Below the pieces are notes generated by a model. It was not told the DNA's origin and made no database searches. It saw only the letters and a program-made list of their open reading frames with translations. 64,000 nucleotides of DNA from Nageia nagi. Taxonomy: Eukaryota > Plantae > Pinophyta. Positions within the stretch are counted from its first letter, which is position 1, and the number at the start of each line of letters is the position of its first letter. The stretch covers positions 18,538,001-18,602,000 of the forward strand of contig JBITNC010000001.1 of the NCBI GenBank assembly GCA_050084985.1, read 5' to 3'. A program made the position numbers and the translations under genes. Shown here in pieces: positions 13,689-26,560 of this stretch.

Positions 13689-15540
13689 CTAACAAATGGA
13701 ATAACATTATTAAATAAAATGCAATATGACATATTTAAGGGGTGAATATGAAGAAACTTTCGGAAGATACCCATGAAAGAAAACTAGAACTCTAATGAAA
13801 GTCATGATGAAAGCATGTGACCCAGTTCTAGCTTTTGAATTGTCCTATCTATTGAGCTCTTGTTTCAAAACTTAATTGGTAAATCATGGCAAAAACTGAA
13901 AAAACTATTGGAAGAGAAAAATGTTGTTAATGTAAACACGTATATGATAAATATTTGTTGTGAAACCATAATGAAAAACTAAAGTGTGTGTCTTGAGGCC
14001 TAAATCTTTTAGTTGATAGCATATATGTATCCAGTTCTAGAGAAATATTGGATGTCAACATTATCTCTTCACAAAATTATTTCAAGTGTGCATCTAAAAG
14101 AAGAAAGGAAAAAACAAAGCAGACTTTAAGAACAGTTACTGCATGTGGCTCTCGCTGCCCAGCAATTCCTGTTTTTTATGCCTGTAACCAGTCATTTCTT
14201 TCCAAATCGGATCCAAACACTCGTCTCTTCCCTTTGTGCTTATAGTGGTTGTTGCTCAGCACTTTCGCACATGTACAACATGATGTAAGAGTTATAAGCA
14301 TCTTTTATTTTGATATTGTGAGAATCCTATTTCAGCAGTTGCATGCATCTTTAGAGGTCATTGGCTTCGGCTTTACATAGAAAGAACCGAGAATAAGCAC
14401 TGCAATTATGTAAACATCAGTGTATTGCAAGCCAGAACACCTCATTAATTGCAGTAGTCTCAGCAACAGTCAAAAACTATTTAGTGTATAACTTAAATTA
14501 AATGCAGGTGCTCCCTTCATCTGCTGACATTCAGCATTTTACAAAGCCCAGATTCTCTTTGTTGTAATAACCCACCCCTAATCTGTTTTTGTTTTTTCTT
14601 CTATTTTGTGTTTCTGGTTTTTATGTTTTTTTTCTTGTGTTTTGAGAAGGGCTTCAAAATTTGCACTTTTCCCAGCAAAACCAGCAAACCATATATTAAA
14701 ATATACCAAACAACCTCTAGTACTGTAGTGCAACATTGTAGCAAACTTCCAAAAATCCTTCTTACTACAACCAATCTCTTAACAAAACTCTAAAACTCAC
14801 CATCAACTTCTTTGTTTAAGCACAAAATGCACTCTCTGTATGAGGATGCCAATAGATTATCCAGGGATGATCTTTCACACCCGAAGACAATATTCTCTGT
14901 GGAGGATTTCGTCCCCACAAAGCTTGAAACCCTTGCAAACAGTATGTTGCAAGTTTCTCTCCAAACCCTTGTTCTCACACATAACACATGATATCCAAAA
15001 TGAGCCCCCAAAGAGTCTTTTATCCTCTTTTTTTCCAAATCCATACCACACTTCATTTAAAGATATTAAATATTATTTTCCTCTTTAATTTCCCAAGTGG
15101 GTGTCCCCTTTAAATGTTTTCTCCATAAAGTCACTTTATCATAAAGTATAATTATTTCATCACTTAAGGGGCCATTACACTTTATCCTTTAATTTTAACA
15201 TTATAACTTAAATATTTAATTTAACTTAGAAAATAATGTTAAATATCATATATTTTGCCAAAAGGATAATTTTCATCAACTGATTGAAAGAACGGACATC
15301 CCAAATCAAGATCAGCATCACACCTTGTCCAACTAATAAAGTCAATGCCTAGACGTACTTACTAAAAATAGTAATTATATCTCGTATCCAAAACGACCTC
15401 CGAAACTGGCAAAAGATAACTTGTAACCCAAGGGAAGTCTGAATCAATTACCAATGAACTCCCTAGCCATATTATTAGCCTACGAGAGTCCATGAGTAGG
15501 CTAATCTCCATGTCCTCGATATCTGCTTAGGAAGGGGACA

Positions 15541-18500
15541 TTACAGTCCTCCCTCCCAAAATTGCTTGTCCTCAAGCAATTGCAACTCTGGATGTTGTAG
15601 GATTTGCTCTTTCTCCCAAGTAGCATCCTCAACTGGCAAGTTTTTCCATTTGACCAAATACTCTCTGATCACTCTTCTCCTAAGAGTGCGTTCCTTGGTT
15701 TCAATGATGGCCTCTAGAACCAAGACAAGTTTTCCCTCTTCATCGAGTGGTGGCAACTCAGAAGAAGGAACCACATTTCCACCCAATGCCTTCTTAAGGT
15801 GTGAGACATGGAAAACATTATGTACCCTGTTGTCAACCGGTAACTCCAGCTCATATGCCACTTCTCCAACCCTCTTGGAGATTCTGAATGGTCCATAGAA
15901 ATGTGGCTTAAGCTTCTCCTTTCCACTCTTCTTGAGAGTGGACCGTCTGTATGGCTATAATCTCAAATAAACCACATCACCGACATCAAAACTATGCTCT
16001 ACATGATGTTTAACAGCATATGTTTTTTGCTAATTTTGTGCCTGTTGTAAATTATCCTTCAAATATTTCATGATGTCCTGGTTGTCTTGCAATAATTCTC
16101 TAGCCCTCGGCAATCTACTATCCCCAAGAAGCAAATCTATGAAGCTAGGCACTTCATACCCATACAAAGCCATGAATGGTGACATCCCAATAGACATGTG
16201 ATAAGTGGTATTATAACAATACTCACCAAGGTGCAGCCATTTAATTAGAGCCTTCTACTACCCTGAAATGTAATTTTTGAGATACCCTTCCACCCATTTA
16301 TTGACTATCTCTGTTTGCCCATCTGTCTGTGGATGGTAGCTAGTGCTAGGGGTGAGCTCGGTTCCGATCAATTTGACAATCTCTTGCCAAAATAAGCTCA
16401 TGAACCTGTTGTCCCTGTCATTGACAATTGTCTTAGGCATCCCATGCAATCTAAACACCTCCCTAAAGAATAGATCTGCCACCTGTGTTGCTATATATGT
16501 CGCTGAAATAGCAAAAAAGTGAGCAAATTTGGTGAGCCGGTCAACCACAACATAGATGCAATCTTTGCCTTGCACCTTAGGCAATCCAGTGATGAAATCC
16601 ATGGAGATTCCTTCCCATTTCTAATTAGGAATCAGTAGGGGTTGCAGTAGACCAGCTGAGTAAGAATGGTCATCTTTATTCTGCTGACAAATGATAAACT
16701 CCCGAACATACTGAAGAACCTCATTCTTAAGCCCTTTCCAAGAAAACCTTTCTCTAACCCCCCTGTACGTCTTAAAGAAGCCTGTATGACCAGCCATGGG
16801 ATCATCATGAAAACATTTTAGAACTATCAATTTGAAATGTGAGTTTGAAATTAGAAGTATTTTGTCCTTCTACATGATCAGCCCATTCACCGCAGTATAT
16901 CTATCATCATGCAAATTTCCTTCAATCACACTAGTGGCCCAATCATCCTTAGCATATTCAGCCATAATTTCCTCCTTCCAATTTGCTGCTATCTCAGTCA
17001 AAGAACATAAATATGGTCTCCTGGACAATGCACCAGCAACTATGTTCTTTTTTCCTTTGACATAAACAATGTCAAAATCATAAGCCTGAAATTTACTCAG
17101 CCACTTTTGTTGTCTCTCATTAAGATCCTTCTGATTCAGAAAATATTTGAGACTGTTGTGGTCAGTTTTGACTATGAATTTACCTCCCACCAAATAGGGT
17201 TTGAACGTGGCCAATGCATGCATAATGGCCAACATTTCCTTGTCATAAATAGAATAACTCCATTTAGTCCCCCTTAGTTTCCTACTTTCAAAAACAATGG
17301 GGTGTTTATGCTGCATCAATACTGCTCCTATCCCCTCACCTGAAGCATCACACTCCCAAATCAAATGGATTGGAGAAATCAGGTGTAGCAAGTACAGGGC
17401 ATGAACACATTACTTGCTTGAAGTGTTCGAAACACTTCTGAGCTGATTCTGACCAAACAAATGCCCCCTTTTTGGTTAAATCTGTAAGTGGGGCTACCAA
17501 CTAGGAAAAACCCTTAACAAATCTCTTGTAGAAACCACACAATCCAAAAAATCGCCTAAGCTGAGTGAGATTTGTTGGTGTCGGCTAATCCATAATTGCC
17601 CTGATCTTTTCAAAATCAACACGAACACCCTCTAAGCTTATTATATGTCCAAGGTACAGCAACTCAGTAAGTCTGAAATCACATTTGGACTCCTTAACAT
17701 AGAATGATTCCTGCTCAAGAATACTCAACACCTCCTCTAGGTGTCTCAAATGCTCCTCCCAAGATCTGTTGTAAAAAAGGATATCGTCAAAGAATATTAG
17801 AACTGATTTCCAAAGTTGTCTGCTGAACACCTTGTTCATGCATGACTGGAAAGTAGTTGGTGCATTGGTTAAGCCAAATGGCATATATAAGAACTCGAAA
17901 TGCCCAAAGTGGCATCTGAAAGCTATCTTCTCCACATCTTAGTCTCTAACTCTGATTTGATGGTAGCTGGATCTCAAATCGATTTTGGAAAAAGAGTATG
18001 CTCCATGCAACTCATCAATGAGCTCATCAATGCGTGGAATGGGATATCTATTTTTTATTGTCTTTTTATTTAGTGCTCTGTAATCTATGCACATTTGCAT
18101 AGTCCCATCCTTCTTTTTTACCAACACAACCGAAGAGGCAAAGGGGCTCTTGCTTGACCTGATGTGCCCCATAACCATTAGCTCCTTAATTGCCTTCTCT
18201 ATCTCATCCTTATGTCATTTAGGATGCCTATATGGTGTGGTAATAACTGGCTTAGCCCCCTACTCTAGCTCTATAACATGCTCCATGCCACGAACTGGAG
18301 GTCTCCCAGGAGGAATGTCACTGAAAACCTTAAAATGTTTAGATAGTAACCTTTGCACATCAGGATGATACTCTCTCTTCTGCTGCTTTGTACTGGTAGG
18401 CATAAGGATGCACTCTGCTATCCACTCCACTTGGTCATGTCTAATCAGCCTCTCCATTCTCCTTATAGAGACCATTCGTGCTCTTCCCTCAGACATGCCT

Positions 18501-18995
18501 CTCAATACTACCCGTTTGCCTACTGATTCAAACTTCATCTCCATTGTACATAAGTTCATGGTGAATTCATCAAGTGTACGCATCCAATGCATGCCAAGTA
18601 CTATATATGTATCTCCTATGCCAACCACATAGAAGTCATCCTTCAACTCATACTCTCCAACTGTATGCTCAACTTAGGAATCTTCCGAGTACATGACAGT
18701 GTGAACCCATCAGCAACCATTACCTTAAAGCCTTCAAACTCTTTTGTTTTGATCCCTCTCTTGGCTACAAGTCCCTCATCTGTGAAGTTATGTGTAGCAC
18801 CTGTACCTATAAGGGTGATGATCCGTTGTCCACAAAGGACTCCTCTAACCTTAAAAGATCCAACTTTCTGAAAGCCAGAAAGTTGTGCAATAGTTCCTTC
18901 ACATTTATGGCTCTTTTTAGCCTCTCCACGTGAACTCTCTCCATCACTACTTTCTGAATCAGTGTGCTGATCTGAAATTTTTTATTCTGATTCAT
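15541..18995 (-). pseudogene. Fragmented Gypsy pol (PR, RT, RNase H, integrase, chromodomain)
   Basis: Separate ORF pieces with [32 protein letters not shown] and YHPQTDGQTE. The stop codon falls inside the first bases of the 3' LTR. Confidence 0.9.
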
Positions 18996-20067
18996 TGGCT
19001 GAAAAGTACTCTATTTGTTTTGCTTGGGCCTTAACTGCACATTTGTGAGACGGATCCCAAGGCTCTCTACAATGGAAGCAATGTTTCTTCCTTCTAAGTT
19101 CGTTAAGTTGATCGCTGTCCAACCTATTTGGGACATTCTTAGGCTGGTTCATGTCCCTTTGAAAAGATTTTTTATCTTTATCTTTCTGATGTCCAAACCC
19201 CTTAGACTGAAATTTGCTCTTAGGAGTAGAGAACTCCATATCTCTTGCCTTTGTAATTGCCTCCTGTAAAGTAGGTGGACTAAGAGCCTTAATCAAACCT
19301 CTCAATGGTTCTGAGAGCCCATCAATGAACAACACAATCAACCTTCTCTCAAAAATGTTAGTTACTAAAACTGAGAGTCTCTGAAAATCAGCCACATATG
19401 CCTCCACTATTCCCCACTGTTTCAGCTGAGCTAGCTTCTTAAAATGTAATTCTGGATCCTTTTTGTCAAACCTATCAATCAATCTCTCTGTAAACTCTGC
19501 ATAGGAGTCTATCTGGCTATGACCAAGTGTGACCATTCCATGATGCCACCACTCGTGAGCAATACCATCAAGGTGTAGAGCAGCATATTTAATGGCCTCA
19601 TCCTCTAGCATGGGATTAAGCTGAAAATAGGTGTCCATCTTCTGTACCCAAGCTCTAGCTGAAGTCTTGCCAGAACCATCAAAGTAAGGAATAGACAACT
19701 TCCCTACTCTCCTCTGCAACTCCTGATTATTTGGGTTAGGTTGTCTACCTCTTCTGTTATGTAGTTGCCGCATCCACATGTCCATATAATCTCGAAATGT
19801 CATATTTGCTCGGAATCCTGCACTAGCATTATCCCACTCTTGTAAAATTGAATCCTGCATCTCAGCAACTGTAGGTTCCACTTCAACCTGTGGAACTTTC
19901 CTAGGAGGAAAGGTAAGCATTAAAGGTCTTGTGCTTGTTGTTCTGTCCCTATTGTTCGCTGAAGCCTCACCATTTTCATTGTTTCTACGATTTCCATGTT
20001 GCCCATTGTTGTTATTATTGATGTTTGCCATCGTAGTAGCCATAAACTGATTGAGAGTGTGTTGCAA
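18982..20067 (-). CDS. Gypsy Gag of the chromovirus (open segment; the start lies further upstream and is broken)
   Basis: Retrotransposon gag motifs FDGSG..AWVQKM..YF, QWGIVEAYVADF and CFHCREPWDPSHKC. Confidence 0.8.
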   Translation of the reverse strand: MQHTLNQFMATTMANINNNNNGQHGNRRNNENGEASANNRDRTTSTRPLMLTFPPRKVPQVEVEPTVAEMQDSILQEWDNASAGFRANMTFRDYMDMWMRQLHNRRGRQPNPNNQELQRRVGKLSIPYFDGSGKTSARAWVQKMDTYFQLNPMLEDEAIKYAALHLDGIAHEWWHHGMVTLGHSQIDSYAEFTERLIDRFDKKDPELHFKKLAQLKQWGIVEAYVADFQRLSVLVTNIFERRLIVLFIDGLSEPLRGLIKALSPPTLQEAITKARDMEFSTPKSKFQSKGFGHQKDKDKKSFQRDMNQPKNVPNRLDSDQLNELRRKKHCFHCREPWDPSHKCAVKAQAKQIEYFSANESE

Positions 20068-22587
20068 CTCTCATTGTCCCCTGGCCAGATCATTAATAAT
20101 ATCTTGGGTACTTTGCTCCTGTGGTACCCTATCACCCATGTTTACCTCTTCTTCTGAATCTGAGTCTTGAATTCCTTTACCCCTTTTTCTTCTGTAAGTG
20201 ATGTATTCCCTGTCTTCAAGATTCATGAAATGTTTCAATCATCAAGAAACCCAACAGGCTGGCAAGCTTGAGGGCTCTGATACCACTGTAATAACCCACC
20301 CCTAATCTGTTTTTGTTTTTTTCTTCTATTTTATGTTTCTGGTTTTTATGTTTTTTTCTTGTGTTTTGAGAAGGGCTTCAAAACTCTTCAAAATTTGCAT
20401 TTCTCCCAACAAAACCAGCAAACCATATATCAAAATATACCAAACAACCTCTAGTACTGTAGCTCGACACTGTAGCAGACTTCCAAAAATCCTTCTTACT
20501 ACAACCAATCTCTTCACAAAACTCTAAAACTCACCATCAACTTCTCTGTTTAAGCACAAAATGAACTCTCTGTATGAGGATGCCAATAGATTATCCAGGA
20601 ATGATCTTTCACACCCAAAATTCTCTGTGGAGGATTTCGTCCCCACAAAGCTTGAAACCCTTGCAAACAGTATGTTGCAAGTTTCTCTCCAAATCTTTAT
20701 TCTCACACATAACACATGATATCCAAAATGAGTCCCCAAAGAGTCTTTTATCCTCTTTGTTTCCAAATCCACACCACACTTCATTTAAAGATATTAAATA
20801 TTATTTTCCTCTTTAATTTCCCAAGTGTGTGTCCCCTTTAAATGTTTTCTCCATAAAGTCACTTTATCATAAAGTCACTTTATCATAAAGTACAATTATT
20901 TCATCACTTAAGGGGCCATTACACTTTATCCTTTAATTTTAACATTATAAGTTAAATATTTAATTTAACTTAAAAAATAATGTTAAATATCATATATTTT
21001 GCAGCGAGAATAATTTTCATCAACTGATTGAAAGAACGGACATCCCAAATCAAGATCAGCATCACACCCTATCCAACTAATAAAGTCAGTGCCCAGACGT
21101 ACTTACTAAAAATAGTAATTATGTCTCGTATCCAAAACGACCTCCGAAACTGGCAAAAGATAACTTGTAACCCAAAGGTAGTCTGAATCAATCACCAATG
21201 AACTCCTTAACCATATTATTAGCCTATGGGAGTCCGTGAGTAGGCTAATCTCCATGTCCTCGATATCTGCTTAGGAAGGGGGGCATTACATATGTCTACA
21301 AAATGCTATCATTCATGTATGATGTCCTAACTTTTGTTCTCAAACAGGCAACCTTCAGTTCTATGAATAGACAGATCCCACACCTAAATGTATGCCCTTT
21401 GATTGCTACAAGTGCAAAAACAGAGACAACATCGACCAAAGTTGTGAGATTCTTCTGAAATGTTCCCACAGTGATAGTGTACTCTGATCGCATTCCTCAT
21501 TTCCATTATGATATTCCCTTGCAACATGCACCCAGTATCATCCATACTTCTGGCTTGTGTTACACAGGGGACTGCCATTGTCATCATTGGATAGTTCCTC
21601 CACCTCCGACTTAACACAAGGCCATAATCCACTGAACACTCTCAGTCATATTGATTCAAACTTCAGTAGCTGGTATCTTTCTTAGTTTTGATTAGCCTTT
21701 CCTTCAGGGCCAGCATTGTTCACCTGCAACAAGATTGGAATCTATTTTGTCTTTATATTTGTGTAAGTCGAGCTTGATGGATTAACAAAGTCTTGATTCG
21801 TGACAAGTTTGGTCAAATAATTGAAACAGATAGTGGTATAAATATGAAGTAATCAATAAGAGCTAAAGTAAGTTCCAGAATTGATCTCACATTCTCGTAC
21901 GAATATATCAAATGATCTCATACTTTGCTGGCTTTTACAAATTGAACTAGTCGATCCAAGAGTCTCATTGGCCTATAGGTGCGCTGGCATTTCTGTGACC
22001 TAAAAAAATGACCTTTAACCTTTTTTTGTACTCTTAAAGGAAACCCATGCATATACAGAAAAAATCTTTAAGAGTATGGTTTAGTGATTCTTAGGAATCA
22101 CATTATCGTGGGGAATGATTTAAACAAGTGTGGTGTTGATGGGAAGCATCCACACTTACACTTGGTCACAGACAGATAGACGAGTCTCTATATAATAATC
22201 CAGGGTGCTCAATTCTGATACAGCTATTGAGTCCGAATTCTCTAATGGCAGTAAAAACTTGTCATTCCACTCTGACCAAACCAGCAACTTGTCTGCTAGT
22301 AGTGAGGCTTGCACTAGCCCTGTTATGTAAATATACTGCCTAAGTATCACACAGAATCTCTCTCTCTCTCTCTGAAATATAGAAACACACACTCAGAAAA
22401 TGTTTTATCCACTGTCATAATATACAACAAATTTCATATAAAATGAAGATTAAAAATACTAATAATAAAAATGTATTAAATGTTTAACGCAATATGATAA
22501 CAATATTACTATAAAAAAATACAATTAATCATTTTCATATGTCTAGGGAGAAATTATACGAGAACTTTTAAGGCTGAAGAGACTTAC

Positions 22588-22926
22588 TGGGTAACGAGAG
22601 AGGGGGCTACCCAGAAGGTAATGGAGCCTCTTCATTTTGTTTAGATCAAAGCCATGTATTGAATCAGTGCCTGCAGCTGTGGGTACACCTTCTTTCTCAT
22701 AATTTTTGAGGGATTCCAGAAAACCCAAAAACTCCTCTAATCTGGGATCTTCCATGCCAAATCCCCTCGATGCAGACAACTGTCTTAGAATAACATTATA
22801 GTTGCTAAAATTCTTTGCAAAATTGGTGAGTCGAAGCAACTTAACATAGGAGCCTATGTTGTTGCAGGAACTTGAAGTAATAGTAAAATGTGTGAACTTA
22901 AAAGGAAAACTGCGGAGAAGATACAT
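22588..22926 (-). CDS. DHFS: Dihydrofolate synthetase (FolC/DHFS, GLA1-like) exon 1, with a probable mitochondrial transit peptide
   Basis: ATG at 22926 (MYLLRSF...). An S/R/F-rich, acid-poor N-terminus is followed by EDPRLEEFLGFLESLKNYEKEGVPTAAGTDSIHGFDL, which matches plant DHFS. GTAAGT donor at 22587. Confidence 0.9.
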
Positions 22927-23639
22927 TGGAGGAGTCTTGACAGGGGAGAGGACTGGGTTGTTATCCAAGGAACACTTTTTTAAGTTATATTTCTATGTGT
23001 GAATTACAATCTTCATGGTCAATTACATTTGTATTAGTTGTTGAGCTTTCAGTCACATATTTAATTAACATATTAAATTTGATAATGATGATTCGAAACA
23101 TTAGTTATAAGTAAATAATTAGGTAAAGAAAAAATTATAAAAAATTTAGAATCATTCGACTTTATTAAATTGGGTTTTAAAAAGCATAAAATTAAGATGC
23201 ACTACTAGTAGATCCTCTCCCTTATCAATAATATATTTAAAATAATTATTTATAATTTACTTATTAACACAAAAAATTATAGAAATTGATAATTTAATGC
23301 ATAATAATTAATAATTTAATACACAATTACTAGATCAAACATGTTTTATGAATGGACAAATATATGATAATAACCCTCACAACCATCGAAATGCTCTCAA
23401 GTACTGGGTCCTCTCCCCTAAGAGTCGGGAATCCCAAATGAAGTCTCAGCATCAACGGTTCTTATTAAAGGTTTGTACAGTTCGATCTTCATTTTTTTTA
23501 AATTCCATGTGTTCTTTGTAAAATATTATGGTTCTTATTTTTATGATGAAATATTTTAAATTGAGTAGAGATTTATTTGATTAAAATGTAATGAAACTTA
23601 AAAATATGGTGATCGAGAGCGGGAGAGGGTCATGAGCTT

Positions 23640-26560
23640 AGGTGTAGGATGAAAAGTGACATAAGGTGCAAAGGATGAAGTATAAGCTCAAGCTGGTAGA
23701 GGGGATCTTGGAATCTTGAAAGGGAGGAATTTGAGGGTAGCACAATGCCTAATCGATTCTAGGTAAGGTCTTACGTGGAGGTGGTGCAAACAAACAAGAT
23801 AGTAGACATTTGACCCATTCTTTTGACCTTCAACCTATGGATATGATGCTAGGCATCCCCCCTAAAATAATGAGCTCCACCTTGATTAATGGAATGTGGG
23901 TCCTAGTGGGTGAATTATATGGCTCACATTTAGATGTGGATGCTTGCATTAATGGATTTTGGGTAAGTGCAAACCCCAAGGATCAAATGGATATTATAGC
24001 CTTGCCTAGGGGCTTCTTTATGATATGCCTAACAAGGGAATCTAACAAGCAAAAGATTTTGTTTAATGGACCTTGGTTCTTTGGTAAAAGAGGTTTATTT
24101 TAAAAGAAATGAGATAAAGACTTGAACCTTCATCTCCAAAGGATAAACACCGCCCCTTTATGGGTGAGGCTCTCAAGTCTATTGATTCATCTATGGCATG
24201 AAGATGTGATTATGGGAATCGTGGGATATATTAGTACCTTCATAGTTATGGATAATGCTACTTTGAACCAATTAAGAATGGTGTTTGTTAGGATTAGTGT
24301 TGAAGTTGACCTAGAAACAACTCTTCCAAGCTCCATTGAGTTAGGTTTAGAGTTGTGTACTTGGACCCAATTGATTGAATATGAAAATAAACCAATATTT
24401 TATTTTAAATGCATCATAGTAGGGCATTTTTCCTTAATATGTTCCAAGGAGTGTCATGATGAGGCTAGAGCTATAAGGAAGGTTTTACCCAAAAAAAAAA
24501 AGTGGAAACAAAAGGAGCCTCTAGATAAAGGAAAATGAATTTCTTTCTCAAATGGACCTTTAGACCAAGGTTTCAAGCATCTTAATGAAGAGTTCCATTT
24601 TGAATCAGTAATTCCAAGGGAAAGATGGAACATTAAGGAAATATATATTAAACGATGAAGGTAATTGGGGATTCCCGCTTACAAATTCCTTTGCTCATTT
24701 AGTGAGGGAAGAAGAAGATGAAGGGGACTGGAGTAACTTGAATGAATGAGAATGGATTCTAACTTTGGAGGAGTAACTTGAATGAATGAGAATGGCCTTG
24801 ATTTAAAGCAAGATTAATAAAGTCTTAATCTTGAAAGAAGGGTTTTCATTTTTTGAGATGCACTTTTGACAATTATTTATAAGATTGGATTAGATCATAG
24901 TCCTTTAAATTTGATTATTGAAGAGGATAGAAGAATCTTTATGATGCCATATCAGTTTGCATCAAAGTGACTATCTAATTAGAACCTTGAACCCCTTATA
25001 TAAAGTTGGTGGATCAAAGATTTTAGGGGATCAAGGATCTCACAAGTAGCTAATAAACTCTACCATGTAAAAGAAAACCTAAACAATTGGAACAAAGAAG
25101 TCTTTGACAATATTTTTGTAAAGAAAATATGAATGAAACAACAATTAAAAGACATTGAGCTAAAAACAAATAGAGGTTGATTCACCATGGAAAAAAAATA
25201 ACAAGAAAAGGTAATCCTAGCTAATTATCATATTTTGATTTCTTGTGAAGAGACTTTTGAGATAGAGATCAATATAAAATTGGTTAAAAGAAGAGGATTG
25301 AAATACCAATTTTTTCCATAGGATTATTGTGAAACATATGAGTTATAATAAGATTAAATAAGTCAAATGGATCTATTATGGATGATAGCCTTCAGATCTA
25401 AGCAAAAGTTGTTTCCTTCTCCAAAATTTGATGGGGGTAGAAGACTATGGGAATGAGAGGGCAACAAATGAACTTCTTGATCATATTCCTCCTCTGATTA
25501 TGGATAAAATGAACTCTTATTTTATGATACCATTTAAGGAGGAAGAAATGAAGGAGGTGGTTTTCTTAATGAAATGAAAGAAATATTCAAGTCTAGATGG
25601 GTTTCCAACTTTTTTTTTCATTGATTATGGCATATTATGGGTAGAGATATAGTGGCTATTGTTCATGAGGTTAAATCCATTATATTTGTTCTAAGATATG
25701 TTAACTCAACATTTATTGCACTTATTCCAAAGATTCTAGGATCTCAAAACTTGAAGGACTTTTATTCAATAAGTTTATGTAACATAATTTATAAATTTAT
25801 TTTTAAATCTTTAGCTAATCACATCAAGGTGATTTTACCCTTTATTATCAATCCATATCATGGGGCTTTGTTGCAAGTCAGCAAATTTTGGATGGTATTA
25901 TTTGTATCTATGAGGTCATGCATTCTTTAGAAAAAAAAGTAATTGAGTTGGGCTTCTTCTTAAACTAGATAGGAATAAGGCCTATGATCGTGTTTCTTGG
26001 GACTTCCTGATAAAGATTGTGGGAAAGTTTATTTTTTATGAAAAAGGAGGAATTTGATCAATATATGTATCTTTATAAAAAAATTCAATCCTCATCAATG
26101 GATCTCCGAAAATCTATTTCATAAGTTGTAGTGGGTTAAGGCAAGGTTATACTTTATCCCCTCATCTCTTTATTATCTTAACAAAAGCTTTGGGGAGAAT
26201 TATTGTTTCACCCACTACTTCAAGGGAAATATCCAAAATATGACTTAGTTATGTCTTTGAATCCAATATCATACCAACCATTCATAGATGAAATAATCAT
26301 AATCTCAAGATCTTTGGTAGGGAAATCAATAATAATCAAGAATATTATGAGGACCTATGAGATGGTTGCAATTCAAAAGCTAAATTTCTCAATGAGTAAG
26401 AAAATTTTTAAATAGACCTCAAGGAAAGATTGCCAAAATATTTGGGTGCGAACTAGTAGACGTGACTTCTTCATATTTATAAATGTCTTTATTCACAAGA
26501 AAAATGAAGAAATATTTATGGAAACTAGTTATTGAATAAATTATAGAGAAAACATTAACG
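23640..26560 (+). mobile_element. Decayed L1-clade LINE, divergent from DHFS
   Basis: ORF1 DUF4283-like (NGPWFFGKRGL, PLWVRL, degenerate zinc knuckle). ORF2 remnants: DHSPL, NSTFIALIPK, ISLCNIIYK, KAYDRVSWDFL, GLRQG. Confidence 0.85.

Larger units (their letters stand above)
14563..21290 (-). mobile_element. Full-length Ty3/Gypsy chromovirus (Reina-like size) in DHFS intron 1, pol disrupted
   Basis: LTRs at 14563-15545 and 20287-21290 (TG...CA) with several dozen differences. TSD TTTGT/TATGT, tRNA-iMet PBS at 20274-20285, PPT next to 15546. Domain order gag-PR-RT(FFDDIL)-RH-INT-chromodomain (EYLVKWKNLPVEDATWE). Confidence 0.95.

Noticed and set aside
14608-15088. Duplicated small ORFs (also 20326-20816, and 40811-41023 / 49505-49717)
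   Set aside because: They are chance frames inside paired LTRs, not gene duplicates.
21590-21730. AG|VNNAG, resembling a short-chain dehydrogenase exon start on the minus strand
   Set aside because: A stop follows within about 13 codons and there is no further SDR similarity.
22927-22968. ORF-track start of DHFS exon 1
   Set aside because: It starts at TTG. The first ATG is at 22926, and the ORF tail beyond 22588 is intron read-through.
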